A stretch of DNA of 64,000 nt, from assembly GCF_002105155.1 (NCBI RefSeq), contig NW_019028998.1, forward strand, positions 620,001 to 684,000, written 5' to 3'. Shown piece after piece: positions 14,573 to 25,686 of the stretch. The position numbers were made by a program, and so were the translations under genes. Numbering within the stretch: position 1 is the stretch's first letter; every line of letters begins with the position of its first letter. The notes below the pieces were generated by a model, which was given only the letters and a program-made list of their open reading frames with translations, had not been told where the DNA came from and searched no databases. Source of the stretch: Lobosporangium transversale (Eukaryota).

Positions 14573-14781
14573 TGTCAAGGGCTGACAAGATGATTGCAAG
14601 GAAAGGTAAGTAGTTGAAAAACAAGAATAGTAATGGGCTTGAGGACTAGAATAGGTTCAAGGATAGTTTTATTGAAGACTGAGGTTTTCTATATTACAAG
14701 TCTACGACATTTATCCTTGAACGTCTGGAGCGGAGACGCGTTCCATAAACTCTAAATAAAGCTTACTCAAAATACTTCCTA
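14573..14781 (-). mobile_element. Diverged fragment (3' part) of an LTR related to element A
   Basis: Reverse complement aligns with the 3' ~210 nt of the 17906-18442 LTR, including the CCTTGACA terminus and GCGTCTCCGCT, with many substitutions. Confidence 0.8.
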
Positions 14782-14839
14782 CAGCCCTCCAAAAAAGTGT
14801 CAACATGTCGCCAATTTCATTTGGTCATGATACCTTATA

Positions 14840-17180
14840 GAGTCCTCGCCAAAAAGTCATAAACTGGATATATTTTTCAGGCTTTTAAATTGAATAGAAT
14901 ACTTCCACTTTTAGACGCAGGAAAAATACGTACAAACTCAAAATTTTAATTTTTACGAGAGCGTTTTCGATTGATAAGAGGCTCGTCCTCAGACTCGCTA
15001 TCCTCTATCACATTAAACATGCTTCCAGCATCTAGCGTAAGATCCACTATCTCAGGGCCTAGGGTAACAGCTTCAGCTCGCTCTTGATTTAGTACTCTAA
15101 TGAGTTCTGCATCCCACTCACTATTGTCGACTTTGAAAGTGTCACTAAGGTCCACAATAGGCTCGTTTTCATCAAAAACCTCTTGATAAACCTCTTCGAC
15201 TATTTCTTCCTGTGCATGACTCCTCTCGTTATAGTATCTCATGCCAATTTTCACAGACTTCTTCCATACAGAGTAAAAGACTTTACACGGAATCTGGGAA
15301 AACAAGCTTAGTAGCCTTTTTTCAGCAAGATGGATGTCATTGTCACCATTGCTCTCGAGGCAATTATGTTTTTCACAACTGCCCAGATCTTCTCAATAGG
15401 TTGTAGCTCGCAATGGTAGGGTGGAGTCTTGAGGATTTCATGTCCACCATTCTCCTGGGCTATTTTACTGATAGAGAAATACGACTCATCAGGAAGAGCG
15501 TTAACCAATTCCATAAGCTCGTTTTTGTTCAGTGCTTTTCCATTTTCCCTTGTTGGAATAACAATCTCCTTGCCCGTGAGCCACTCTTTGATAGTTTTCA
15601 CAGTGTCGCTCTTGGTTGGTTTCCTGTTTTTCTTGTGAAAGTGATATGAAGCGCCATCAAGATGGATTTTACAAGGGCCAAGTCCCATCTTATTGAGATT
15701 CTCACAAAGTCGCTTAAAGATACTATCGAACAAACTAGCGTTGAAGTTTCCATGATAATCGTGATCTGTTGCCACGACCCCTGCATTCCTGATCTCCTCA
15801 GGTACGTCATCCCACAGTTCAGCCTCCTGCTCTTGGCCTTTTTTTGATTGAGGCTTTGGTCCCTTTGATGGCCAAACATACACGCTATCATTAACGAATT
15901 TGCCTTCAACCTTTTTAGCAGCTTCATCATAATATACAATGAAGGCTGCAAATATAACCATGATTGGTTTCCTTCCTGCATCGTTAATGACACCACCGCC
16001 ACTTTGCACCCAACGTCTTGCTGCAGCATGGTCAATGTGGCAGTAAGACTCGTCCAAGAAGACCTCTGGAGTCCTAGGCACCCAACTGCCGTCTACTAGT
16101 TTTAAATTCTTAAGACGGCGCTTCAGGTAAGTAGCTCGGAAGGCAATATTCTCCTTGGAGTCGTGCAAAAAGTTCTGTCGGATCCCTTTGCCCCAATACA
16201 GTCCCATTTTACGGAGGTCGCGAGTGATTGATCTTGCTGATCTGTCGATTTCAAAGTCTTCTTTCAGTTGGTTTGCAATTAAACCCGCAGAATTAGGAGT
16301 CCCGCTCTTGTTTGATTCAACTATGATATTCAGCACCTTCGAGTTTAAATCCTTGTCCGCTTCTTTTTTAGGGCGTCCAGTTCTTCCTCGCCCTGTCATT
16401 TCGACGATGCCTGTTTGTGCATATTTAATTGCTGCCACACAAGTGTTTCTCCCTACACCCATCAGAATCGAAAGGTCCATTGCTCTGTTGTCTGTCTTCT
16501 TAAACCAGTCTTGGACTGCTGGTGGCGCATTCATTATAGCATTATATGTATGAGCTATTATCGCGTATTCGTCTTTAGTAACGGACGCTTTACTGCGTGT
16601 AAATGCCTTTTTTCTCTCTCCAGCTTGTTTGTCTGACAAGAATGGATTTAAATCGAGGGTATTGGGACGCTCACCGAATTGCTCTAATGAGGTAGAACTC
16701 CTTGGCTCGTTTCTGGGAGGAGTAATCCATTGATATTCGGTAGGAGACCTAATAGGGGAGAGATCGGCTTCAGTGGGCAGTTGTGGCGATCTTCGAGGCG
16801 GAGTGAAGGGTGTGCCTGAAATCATTTGGTCGATATTTCCTTCGCTATACCAACCACCAAGATCGTTGTATGAGAGTAGGTTATTGATATCAAAAGGGAA
16901 AGACATTTTACTATCTGAAGATTGCGAATAAAGTAGGTTGACAATGAGGATGAGATCGAGAATGAGATTGAGAATGATGTTGCCCATTTCTCGCAAATTC
17001 TAATATTTCTAATTAAAAACGAAGATTGAATTGGTTTGGTGGCCATGCATCTAATTCATTCCTTCTATTCAAAAAATATATGCATTTTTGTCTTCGTATG
17101 TAAATTTTTATTTTTCAAATTTTTAATTCAAATTGAGTATTGTAAAATATATCCAGTTTATGACTTTTTGGCGAGGACTC
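14840..17180 (-). mobile_element. IS630/Tc1/mariner-superfamily DNA transposon with long DD-E spacer (Sailor/DD82E-like)
   Basis: ~37-bp TIRs GAGTCCTCGCCAAAAAGTCATAAACTGGATATATTTT at both ends, each flanked by TA; encloses a DDE transposase. Confidence 0.9.
14946..16996 (-). pseudogene. DDE transposase with a frameshift near 15350 (real or sequencing error)
   Basis: FLDESY, HLDGASYH and TPPYHCELQPIEKIW. The C-terminus continues in another frame (NGDNDIHLAEKRLLSLFSQIP...). Confidence 0.82.
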
Positions 17181-17281
17181 TACCCTGCCATTAAACTATA
17201 GCTCTGTTACTAACATATATTCTCGGGTCTTATTAGTTGCTTTCTTGAAGATTCTAGGCCTCGTTGGCTTATAGGTATGGC

Positions 17282-17379
17282 CAGTGCTCCTATTCGAACT
17301 GAAACTCTGTCAATTGATATTTATTTTTTTAATTTGAAACATCATAATTGACAAAGTTTCAGTTCGAATAGGAGCACTG
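17282..17379. mobile_element. hAT-like MITE
   Basis: TIR CAGTGCTCCTATTCGAACTGAAAC / GTTTCAGTTCGAATAGGAGCACTG; 8-bp flanks GGTATGGC and GGTATGGA (7/8 match). Confidence 0.75.
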
Positions 17380-17905
17380 GGTATGGATAGAAGGCTCTAG
17401 AAAGTTGACAAGCTCATTCTAACACTTTTTCGAAAAATTATAAATACTATCCTCATCCGCTCTATAAGGACTATTCCAAAGCTACAGTCCTCCAAAAAAG
17501 TGTTAGCATGTTTCGGTTATTTTCGGTTTTCCTTCAATAGACAATTTGAAAAATCGATATTATTCTCTTAAAAGAGAGTCACTATTTATTGATTTTTGCA
17601 CATATGGAACCACTCGTACAGTGGCTTCCAATATTGTCCAAGTCTTTCATTCTTCCAAAGGAAAACTATAAGTGTTCAACAGTGAGCAGCGCTTGTGCCC
17701 TTGGATCCTAGATGGGAGCAACCTGGAAGACATACTTTATTTGCTCAAAACCTATTAGCGCTCCTGCTTGTTTCTGATAGCTTTTCACTACTTTGAAATT
17801 TACCTCTCATTTGGACAATTTTTTAACCATCGTTTTTTTTCACCTATCAAAACCTCGTATTGCCCCCTTTCGCCCTTATGACTGCTAACATCCGCTCAGG
17901 CATAC

Positions 17906-18442
17906 TGTCACGAACAGCAAGCAATGTCTAGCTCATGAATTGATGAATGACTTTTGTCTGATTCGAATCTGAAAAAGATCACGTGTGCTTGATTAATTTG
18001 TTCCGCTCATTTCCTTCACTCATTCCTCCATGCATAGTTTGCCTGTCAAGCCAAGTCGCGTCTCCTAGTTTTCTAGCTCCGTGAATAGCTCCAAGGATTC
18101 TAGAAGAGCTATAAACCAATAACCAAGGCTTATAGTGCCAAGGAACCTTGAAATAAGATTGCACCAGATATCTTCCTCGGATCCTGTGTATTAAGTTAAC
18201 TCAACACTTGAAGTTCCGCATATGGTAAAAGTCCTTAGGAAATATTTGAGTAAGCTTTATTTAGAGTTCTTGAAGCGCGTCTCCGCTTCAGTCAAACAAG
18301 TATAAATATGATAGATTTGTAACATAGTAAACCTCAGTCTGCAATAAAACTATTCGTGAATCCATTCTAGTTCTCAGCTCATTATCATTCTTGTTATTCA
18401 TTCACTTACCTTTCCTTGCAAACCCTTTGTCAGTCCTTGACA
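17906..18442 (+). repeat. Element A 5' LTR
   Basis: TGTCACGAAC...CCTTGACA; TATAAATA at 18301 and AATAAA at ~18343; looks identical to 28618-29154. Confidence 0.95.
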
Positions 18443-18525
18443 TTGCAGACTCCACAAATTCTTGTTCTGCCCACTCTTATCCTAAGCAAATTATATTTTT
18501 CCCTTGTTAACCCAATCTCACAATC

Positions 18526-19680
18526 ATGTCCCAGAACCCCCATCCTGAAATCTATACACCACGAGCCCTAGAAGAACTTGCCCAAGATCCTAATGTAGAC
18601 CCCCGTCAAGTCTTGGCTCATCTCCAGTCCCATGCTGAAGCCGTTAGCGGAATGCAGCAGCAAATCCAGAATATCCGAGATGTAGTGAACCAACAGCACG
18701 CCCAACTGAACAGTAATCCTGACCCCGCAGGGCTAATCACCCTACGTAGCGCCATCGAGACCCTTGCATCCCAGCATCAAGAACAGAGAAATATGCAGCG
18801 CTCCTTCGAAAGAGATATGCACTCTATTCTGAGCCGACTTGCAAATCGAGCCACAGCTCCTACGCCACGTACTGCTATCCCGCAACCCCTCACTACCAAG
18901 TTTAAGGGAAACAGCGATGAGCTGTCCCTCTCGGATTTTCGTGCTCGTCTACAAATTGTCTTCGCACGTTTTCCTGACGCCCTATCCAACGACGAAGAAA
19001 AGATTAACTACTCCCTGCAGTGCCTAGATGGTGACGCATCTCGGCACTTTGCTCCGTACATCAATGGAGAAATCGAAGATGACTCCGGAGTCCTGACTTC
19101 CTACGAAGTATTTATCGAGACATTAGAAGAATTTTTCGGAGACCATCTCGAGCAGGAAGATGTTGAACATCAACTATCCTGCATCCGTCAATCCGGTTCG
19201 ATGATCGAATATGTAACAGAGTTTCGCCGCCTCGCCGCCCGCAGTGGCTGGAACGACCGAGCCCTCAAGGCCCGTTTCAAGAAAGGTCTATCAAGTGAAA
19301 TCCATGGCCTGCTCTTGCCACAGTGGTCTAAGTTCAAGACCGTACATGAGGTGCAGACCGCGGCAATCGACGCCTATAGAAATCTGTCATCACATCGTCG
19401 CCAGCGGCCCCGCTTCGAGTCTTTCAAGCATCAGACACCACCAGCCCGACGTCCCCCACCAGTGAGCACCACTACTCAGGCCCCAGCGGCTCCATCTATG
19501 GCAATGGATGTAGATGCCATGCGTGCCCGACGTCTCACACCCGAAGAGAAAAAGCGCCGCAGAGATATGGGTCTTTGCCTGTATTGCGGTGGCGCTAACC
19601 ACATCGCCTTGAATTGCCCTACCAAGAAGACAATCCATGCATCCGTTCTAGAAGCCGAGTCGGGAAACGAATCTGCCTAG
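18526..19680 (+). CDS. Element A Gag
   Basis: Retrotrans_gag region (IRQSGSMIEYVTEFRRL), MAMDVD and CCHC knuckle CLYCGGANHIALNC. Confidence 0.92.
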   Translation: MSQNPHPEIYTPRALEELAQDPNVDPRQVLAHLQSHAEAVSGMQQQIQNIRDVVNQQHAQLNSNPDPAGLITLRSAIETLASQHQEQRNMQRSFERDMHSILSRLANRATAPTPRTAIPQPLTTKFKGNSDELSLSDFRARLQIVFARFPDALSNDEEKINYSLQCLDGDASRHFAPYINGEIEDDSGVLTSYEVFIETLEEFFGDHLEQEDVEHQLSCIRQSGSMIEYVTEFRRLAARSGWNDRALKARFKKGLSSEIHGLLLPQWSKFKTVHEVQTAAIDAYRNLSSHRRQRPRFESFKHQTPPARRPPPVSTTTQAPAAPSMAMDVDAMRARRLTPEEKKRRRDMGLCLYCGGANHIALNCPTKKTIHASVLEAESGNESA

Positions 19681-20415
19681 GCTCCGACGAGGAATGGATC
19701 CTGGGAAATATGCTCACTACTTCCTCGCCCTCAAGACCTAGAATCTGCCTCTTAGTTAATATAACCTTGTCCCTGCCTAGTCAGCCCCCTGTCCAAACCA
19801 AAGCTCTCATCGACTCTGGGGCGCAAGCTTCTTTCATCGATGTGAGCCTCGTCACGAAACATAACCTCATCACTGTCCCCTTGTCCACTCCCCTTCGTCT
19901 CAACATGGCTGATGGTCAGGCCAGCCTTCACGGCCTTGTCACTCACCATGCCCCTGTCTCCCTAGCCATAGAAAATCATCGTGAAAATTTGTCACTGAAC
20001 GTCACTAGTATCCAGCACCCAGTCATCCTTGGTATCGATTGGCTTGAAAAGCACAACCCTGCCATAAACTGGAAAAGGCGACTAGTTTCTTTCTCTGATG
20101 ACTTCTGCAATAAAACCTGTTTTGAACAGTATCCTGTCGTGTCTTGTGAAACAATCTTGTCTAGCTTTCTTGCTTCCAGTTTCGTCCCTAGTCTTGCTCC
20201 TAGTCTTGATCTTGAAAATAATATATCTGTTAATGATTATTATCTCTGTCAATTACTCTCAGAATACCTTGAGGACCTATGTCCTACCCAGTCCTTGATC
20301 TCTGTTCCTGACCTCTCTTGTTTCTCTCTATCCCTGAATTCCAGCACTTCTGAGCCTTGCCCTGTAACACTCTCTGAATCTTTGCCCCCAACCTATTCTG
20401 AGTTCACACCACTTT
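19662..20415 (+). CDS. Element A Pol, N-terminal part (aspartic protease), entered by -1 frameshift and cut by element B
   Basis: ALIDSGA and VILGIDWL; lies in the -1 frame from G GGA AAC at 19662. Confidence 0.88.
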
Positions 20416-20677
20416 TGCAAGCGAAATCACTATAATAATTTTGTGCAACATAGTATTTCGCCCATATTTCTAGAGCATTCCTTGCAACAGGATATTAACT
20501 AGTATAAATAGGTCTACTTTTCTATCTAGTTCTGTAGCATAGTTCCCCCTGAATAAAGATACCTTTATTGCACCCTTAGATCCCCCTAGAACACTACCTT
20601 GACTTTTGCATTGGTAGCAAAGGAAACCACGACCACACCCAGAGAACTACAATTACCATTGAATTTCACCCCTCGCC

Positions 20678-21649
20678 ATGGAACACTTGAATAACGCCCT
20701 TTCGTCCATCGATCTTCCTCTGAACATTCGCGAAGCCATAGCTACTGCTTTTAATCAGGCCCTCTCTACTGCTAAAGCCAACGAAGCCGCTGAGAATGAC
20801 CTAGCCAGAACCCTCGCCACGGTCCTAAAGCCACAGAAGCCTACGCCTTACGAAGGAGCTATTAACGCTGTTGCAGCCTTAAACTTTGTCGACAGCCTGG
20901 AGGAGTATTACACTATTGTCACACTCACGCCATCCAAATGGGTTCGATACGCTGTCCTCAGTCTCAATGGCGAAGCCAAGGCATGGTGGAGAGATTCCGG
21001 GTTGAATCTCGATACACCTTGGGCTGACTTCCGTAAAGCATTCCTCCGTCAGTTCACCCCTCCAGATTCTGCGAATGCAGCTCGCCGAGCGTTGGATAAA
21101 CTTCGTCAGGGAAGGATGAGTGTGGCAGAATATACGAGCAAGTTTAGAAGCCACCTACGTCTGGCTACAAATCTCGACAAAGACTCTGCTTTGCAAAAAT
21201 ACATGCTAGGCCTTGAGCCCGAAACAAGCAAGCAGGTAAGACTTAGACAGCCAGAGACGTTGGACGATGCCATTGAGCAGGCGACCATTGTCCACAGTAT
21301 TCTACATCCCATCGATGCCACCCCTGTATCCGCTACCCCGAACGCCTTATCACCCCATCATGAGAATAATTCTGGCCCTACACCAATGGATCTCGATAAC
21401 ATGAGAATGTTGGTTGCCAACCTGTACACCTCTCTCCATCAGCAACGACCAAACAGAAACCACTCCAAGCCAAGCTCGCTACCCAAGCTCACAGCAGCTG
21501 AACGAGAACGTTGCGTTCGTGAGGGGCGTTGTTTCAGATGCCGGAACCGAGGTCATAGAGCCGAACAATGCCAACGCACCTCTGTCTTTAATATAGAAAA
21601 CAATGACCATACGCTTTCTGAGTCGGGAAAAGAGGAGGGCGAGCAGTAA
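20678..21649 (+). CDS. Element B Gag
   Basis: AKAWW, LRQGRMSVAEYTSKF, GPTPMDLD and CFRCRNRGHRAEQC. Confidence 0.92.
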   Translation: MEHLNNALSSIDLPLNIREAIATAFNQALSTAKANEAAENDLARTLATVLKPQKPTPYEGAINAVAALNFVDSLEEYYTIVTLTPSKWVRYAVLSLNGEAKAWWRDSGLNLDTPWADFRKAFLRQFTPPDSANAARRALDKLRQGRMSVAEYTSKFRSHLRLATNLDKDSALQKYMLGLEPETSKQVRLRQPETLDDAIEQATIVHSILHPIDATPVSATPNALSPHHENNSGPTPMDLDNMRMLVANLYTSLHQQRPNRNHSKPSSLPKLTAAERERCVREGRCFRCRNRGHRAEQCQRTSVFNIENNDHTLSESGKEEGEQ

Positions 21650-24600
21650 ACCAGGCCTGCCTCGCCCCCTCTAGCCCCAGCCTTCAAGCCCTGGATAATA
21701 GAGGGCATGGTCAGTTACAGTTGATGACTACAAATAAAAATCCTTTGTGCACAAATATAACATCCATGCCCCTTTCTGATCACTCTATTGCTCCCACTGC
21801 ATCTACTTCCTTACATCTACTCTCTAAGTATTCACCTCATCCTGATCCCCATTCCCCTACTCATTCCTCATTGCTAAAAAACAATCCCCTCTCCGACCCT
21901 ATTTTCCCCTCCACTGATCCTTTCACTGTTTCCACTTCACTCACTTCCACTCATTCATCTACCCCTAGTTCATCCAATCGCCACTCCCATTGTCGTAACG
22001 AAATTCGCCTTCAATCCTTCAGCCTTACCTATGACAAACATAAAAACTCTCGCCGACTCCTTACTTTCATTGGAGCAGTGAATGGTCGACCTGCGCGCAT
22101 TCTTGTAGATGGAGGGGCCGAAGGCAATGTCATAAGTTCCTCTTTCTGCGAGAACACACATGTTCCGCTAATTGAGGGTAGACCCATTCCTGTCATTCTT
22201 CCCAACGGTACCGAGACAATTGCTCAGCACACAGCCACGTTCACCCTCGCCCGCAACGCGTATCAGGATAAAATCAACGCCATTGTTTATCCTCTATCCA
22301 AATACGACCTAATTTTGGGTAAACCATGGCTGACGGATATCAACCCTCGCATCAATTGGCGAACAAATGATCTGCATTTTGAATACCAAGGTACCCCGGT
22401 CTTGTGGCCTTGCACTGGCATCGACAGGAAGCCTAGACAGCGATCTTCCGTCATATCTGCTCTTAACTTCCTTACCGTTGCCTCGGAACCTGATGCCTCT
22501 GTATTCCTCGCCCAAGTTCGAGTTCCAGTACCTGTCTCTAGCAGTAGTTCTGAACTACCGGACTCTATCAAGCAAATCGTTCAAGTCGAATTCCCTGATG
22601 TCTTTCCTACAACACTTCCCGATGGCCTTCCCCCTGACAGAGGTGATAGCATGCGTATAGAGACTGACCCTTATGCTGACCCACCTGTCCGACCTGTCAT
22701 CAGATTGTCGATCGCTGAGCTTGATGAACTGAAGAAGCAGCTAACTGATCTTTACAAAAAGGATTAATCTCACCGAGCACCTCACCATACGGTGCTCCAG
22801 TCCTCTTTGTGAAGAAAAAGGATGGCTCGCTTCGAATGTGTGTTGATTATCGGGGCCTGAACAAGATCACAAAGAAAACAGGTACCCCTTACCACGGATC
22901 GATGAATTGATCGACAGATTCAGAACAGCTAAATGTTTTACCAAGCTGGATCTACTCTCGGGCTATCATCAAATGCGTGTCCATCCTGATGATAAACACA
23001 AGACCGCGTTCCGAACTCGCTATGGCCACTACGAGTTTAACGTCGTACCTTTCGGTCTTACAAATGCACCTGCAGCGTTCTCGACTATGATGCGTAACGT
23101 ACTTGATCCACTTCTTGATAAATGTGTTGTTGTGTATCTCGATGATATTTTAATTTACTCCGATAACGAGAAAGATCACTTAGAGCACATCCGACAAGTA
23201 CTCTCCCTCTTGCGTCAAGCTGGGCTTTATTGTAAATTATCCAAGTGTTCCTTCATGCAGGAAGAGACTGAGTTCCTAGGCCATGTCATATCCAAGGATG
23301 GACTCAAGACGAATGGCGGACTTGTCAAGGCAATAAGGGAATGGCCAGTACCAACAACCCAACGACATGTGATGCAATTCCTTGGTTTGACTAATTTTTA
23401 CCATCAGTACATTTCTCATTACGCTGATATTGCTCTTCCCCTCACACAATTGTTAGGCTCCAATAAGGAATTCCACTGGGGAAAATCTCAACAAGACGCC
23501 TTTGAGACTTTGAAAAGAGCAGTGAGCTCAGCACCAGTTCTTAGGATATTCGATCCTGCCCTCTCTACAGCAGTCGAAACAGACGCTTCAGGCTTTGCAA
23601 TTGGTGCTGTCCTGTTCCAGACGGACCAAAATGGTGAATCACGACCAGTAGCTTTTACTTCACGCAAGCTCAACCCAGCGGAACGCAACTATCCTACACA
23701 CGAACAAGAACTGCTGGCTGTGGTGCATGCTCTGAAGACATGGCGATACTACCTTGATGGTTCTCACTTTGTCGTTTATACCGACCATGCCACTCTACAA
23801 CATTTTCCTAGCCAGCCGAACTTGACTCGCAGACAAGCAAGATGGATGGAGTTGCTTCAAGAGTATGATTTCGTATTCAAGTATAAACCTGGTAAAGATA
23901 ACGTCGTCCCTGATGCTCTTTCACGAAGACCGGACCTCAAGGACTTGGAGGCTACACCTACTACTTTGAACTCCTTGGATATCAATCTAGACCCTGGCAT
24001 TCGAAAACAACTAGCCAGTTGCTACCTACACGATCCAATTCTAGGTCCCCTCGTGCATCAGTATAAGGATGCCTCTACCTCGGATCGTTACTTCGTGGTG
24101 GATGGTCTACTCTGGATCAACGCTGGACAAGGCCCTCGCCTCTGCATACCCAAGGACGACGGACTCCGTTCACAACTCTTGCATGACGCTCACGACGCTC
24201 CTATATCAGGCCACTTGGGATTCGATAAAACGTACAGTAGCATGCGACGAACATATTTTTGGCCACGCATGGCGAGGGATATAAAAAAATACATTGCTTC
24301 CTGTGAGCAATGCCAGCGTAACAAGCCTTCACTAAAGCCTCCTGCAGGGCTTTTCCAACCTTTGGCAATTCCAAGCCAACGATGGGATACTGTAACAATG
24401 GACTTCATTGTCAAGCTTCCGAAGACAGCCAGAGGTTTTGACGCGATTACGGTCTTTGTGGACAAACTGTCCAAGCAAGTTCATTTCTGCGCTAGCCGAA
24501 CTACCGACACTGCCTCTGATGTTGCACGACTCTTTTTCGACAATGTTTTTAGACTGCACGGCATGCCTCGGACAATTGTGTCAGACAGAGATTCACGTTT

Positions 24601-25462
24601 CACCGGCAAGTTCTGGACAACGTTGATGAAGCTCATGGGCACCAAACTTAACATGTCTACTGCCTTCCATCCACAATCAGACGGACAAACAGAGCGCGCC
24701 AACAGAACATTAGAAGAAATGCTCCGCTCTTACATATCGTACAAGCAAAACGACTGGGATCTTTTACTGCCTATGATGGAGTTCGCATACAACAACTCTG
24801 TCAATCCTACGACAGGCTTCTCCCCATTCTTTCTGAACTATGGTCACCATCCACTAGTCCCTGGATCTCTTTTAAAGCCACCTGATACCAATGTTCCGGC
24901 TGTCAGTGATTTTGTTCGAACCCAGTCGATGAATTTGGCGCTAGCTCAGGATGCCATTATCGAAGCGCAGAATAGGCAAAAGGCCCAAGCGGACAAAACT
25001 CGCAGGCCTGCTACGTTTGCTGTGGGTGACATGGTGCTCTTAAGCTCGGAAAACATCTCTGTCGCGGGACATAAAAATAGACCGTCGCAGAAACTGGAAC
25101 CTGAGTACATAGGCCCTTACAAGATCATTTCGAAGGTCAATGAAAATGCCTACAAGCTGGAACTACCGCCTGACATGCATCAGCATCCAGTCTTTAATGC
25201 CGATCTGCTTCGCCCCTATATTGAGTCACCTCGTGAATTCGGCGACCGCTCACCACCACGCCCTGCCCCCGAGCTGGTAGATGGAGAAGAGGAGTATGAA
25301 GTCGACAAAATCATTGACTTCAAAATGTTTGGCAAAACTCCTAAGTGGCTCGTTCTTTGGAAAGGCTATCCATTAGATGAAGCCACTTGGGAAACAAAAT
25401 CTTCGCTCGCAAACGCTAAAGAGGCGCTTGCCGTCTTTGAGGCTTCAAGAAAAACAAGATAA
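21625..25462 (+). CDS. Element B Pol (PR-RT-RNaseH-IN-chromodomain) with two apparent 1-nt deletions at ~22752 and ~22878
   Basis: [30 protein letters not shown] zinc motif, D..D..E integrase, GPY and chromodomain [20 protein letters not shown]. Confidence 0.9.
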
Positions 25463-25686
25463 TAGGTTTCTTCATGACGGGAAGGATGCAAGCGAAATCA
25501 CTATAATAATTTTGTGCAACATAGTATTTCGCCCATATTTCTAGAGCATTCCTTGCAACAGGATATTAACTAGTATAAATAGGTCTACTTTTCTATCTAG
25601 TTCTGTAGCATAGTTCCCCCTGAATAAAGATACCTTTATTGCACCCTTAGATCCCCCTAGAACACTACCTTGACTTTTGCAACTTT

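Larger units (their letters stand above)
20416..25681 (+). mobile_element. Ty3/Gypsy chromovirus element B, nested in the pol gene of A
   Basis: 195-bp LTRs at 20416-20610 and 25487-25681; ACTTT TSD at 20411-15 and 25682-86; PBS-like TGGTAGCAAAGG; PPT GGGAAGGA. Confidence 0.96.

Noticed and set aside
17979..18164. 61-aa ORF repeated three times (also 28691 and 63569)
   Set aside because: Antisense ORF inside the identical A LTRs, with no recognisable motif.
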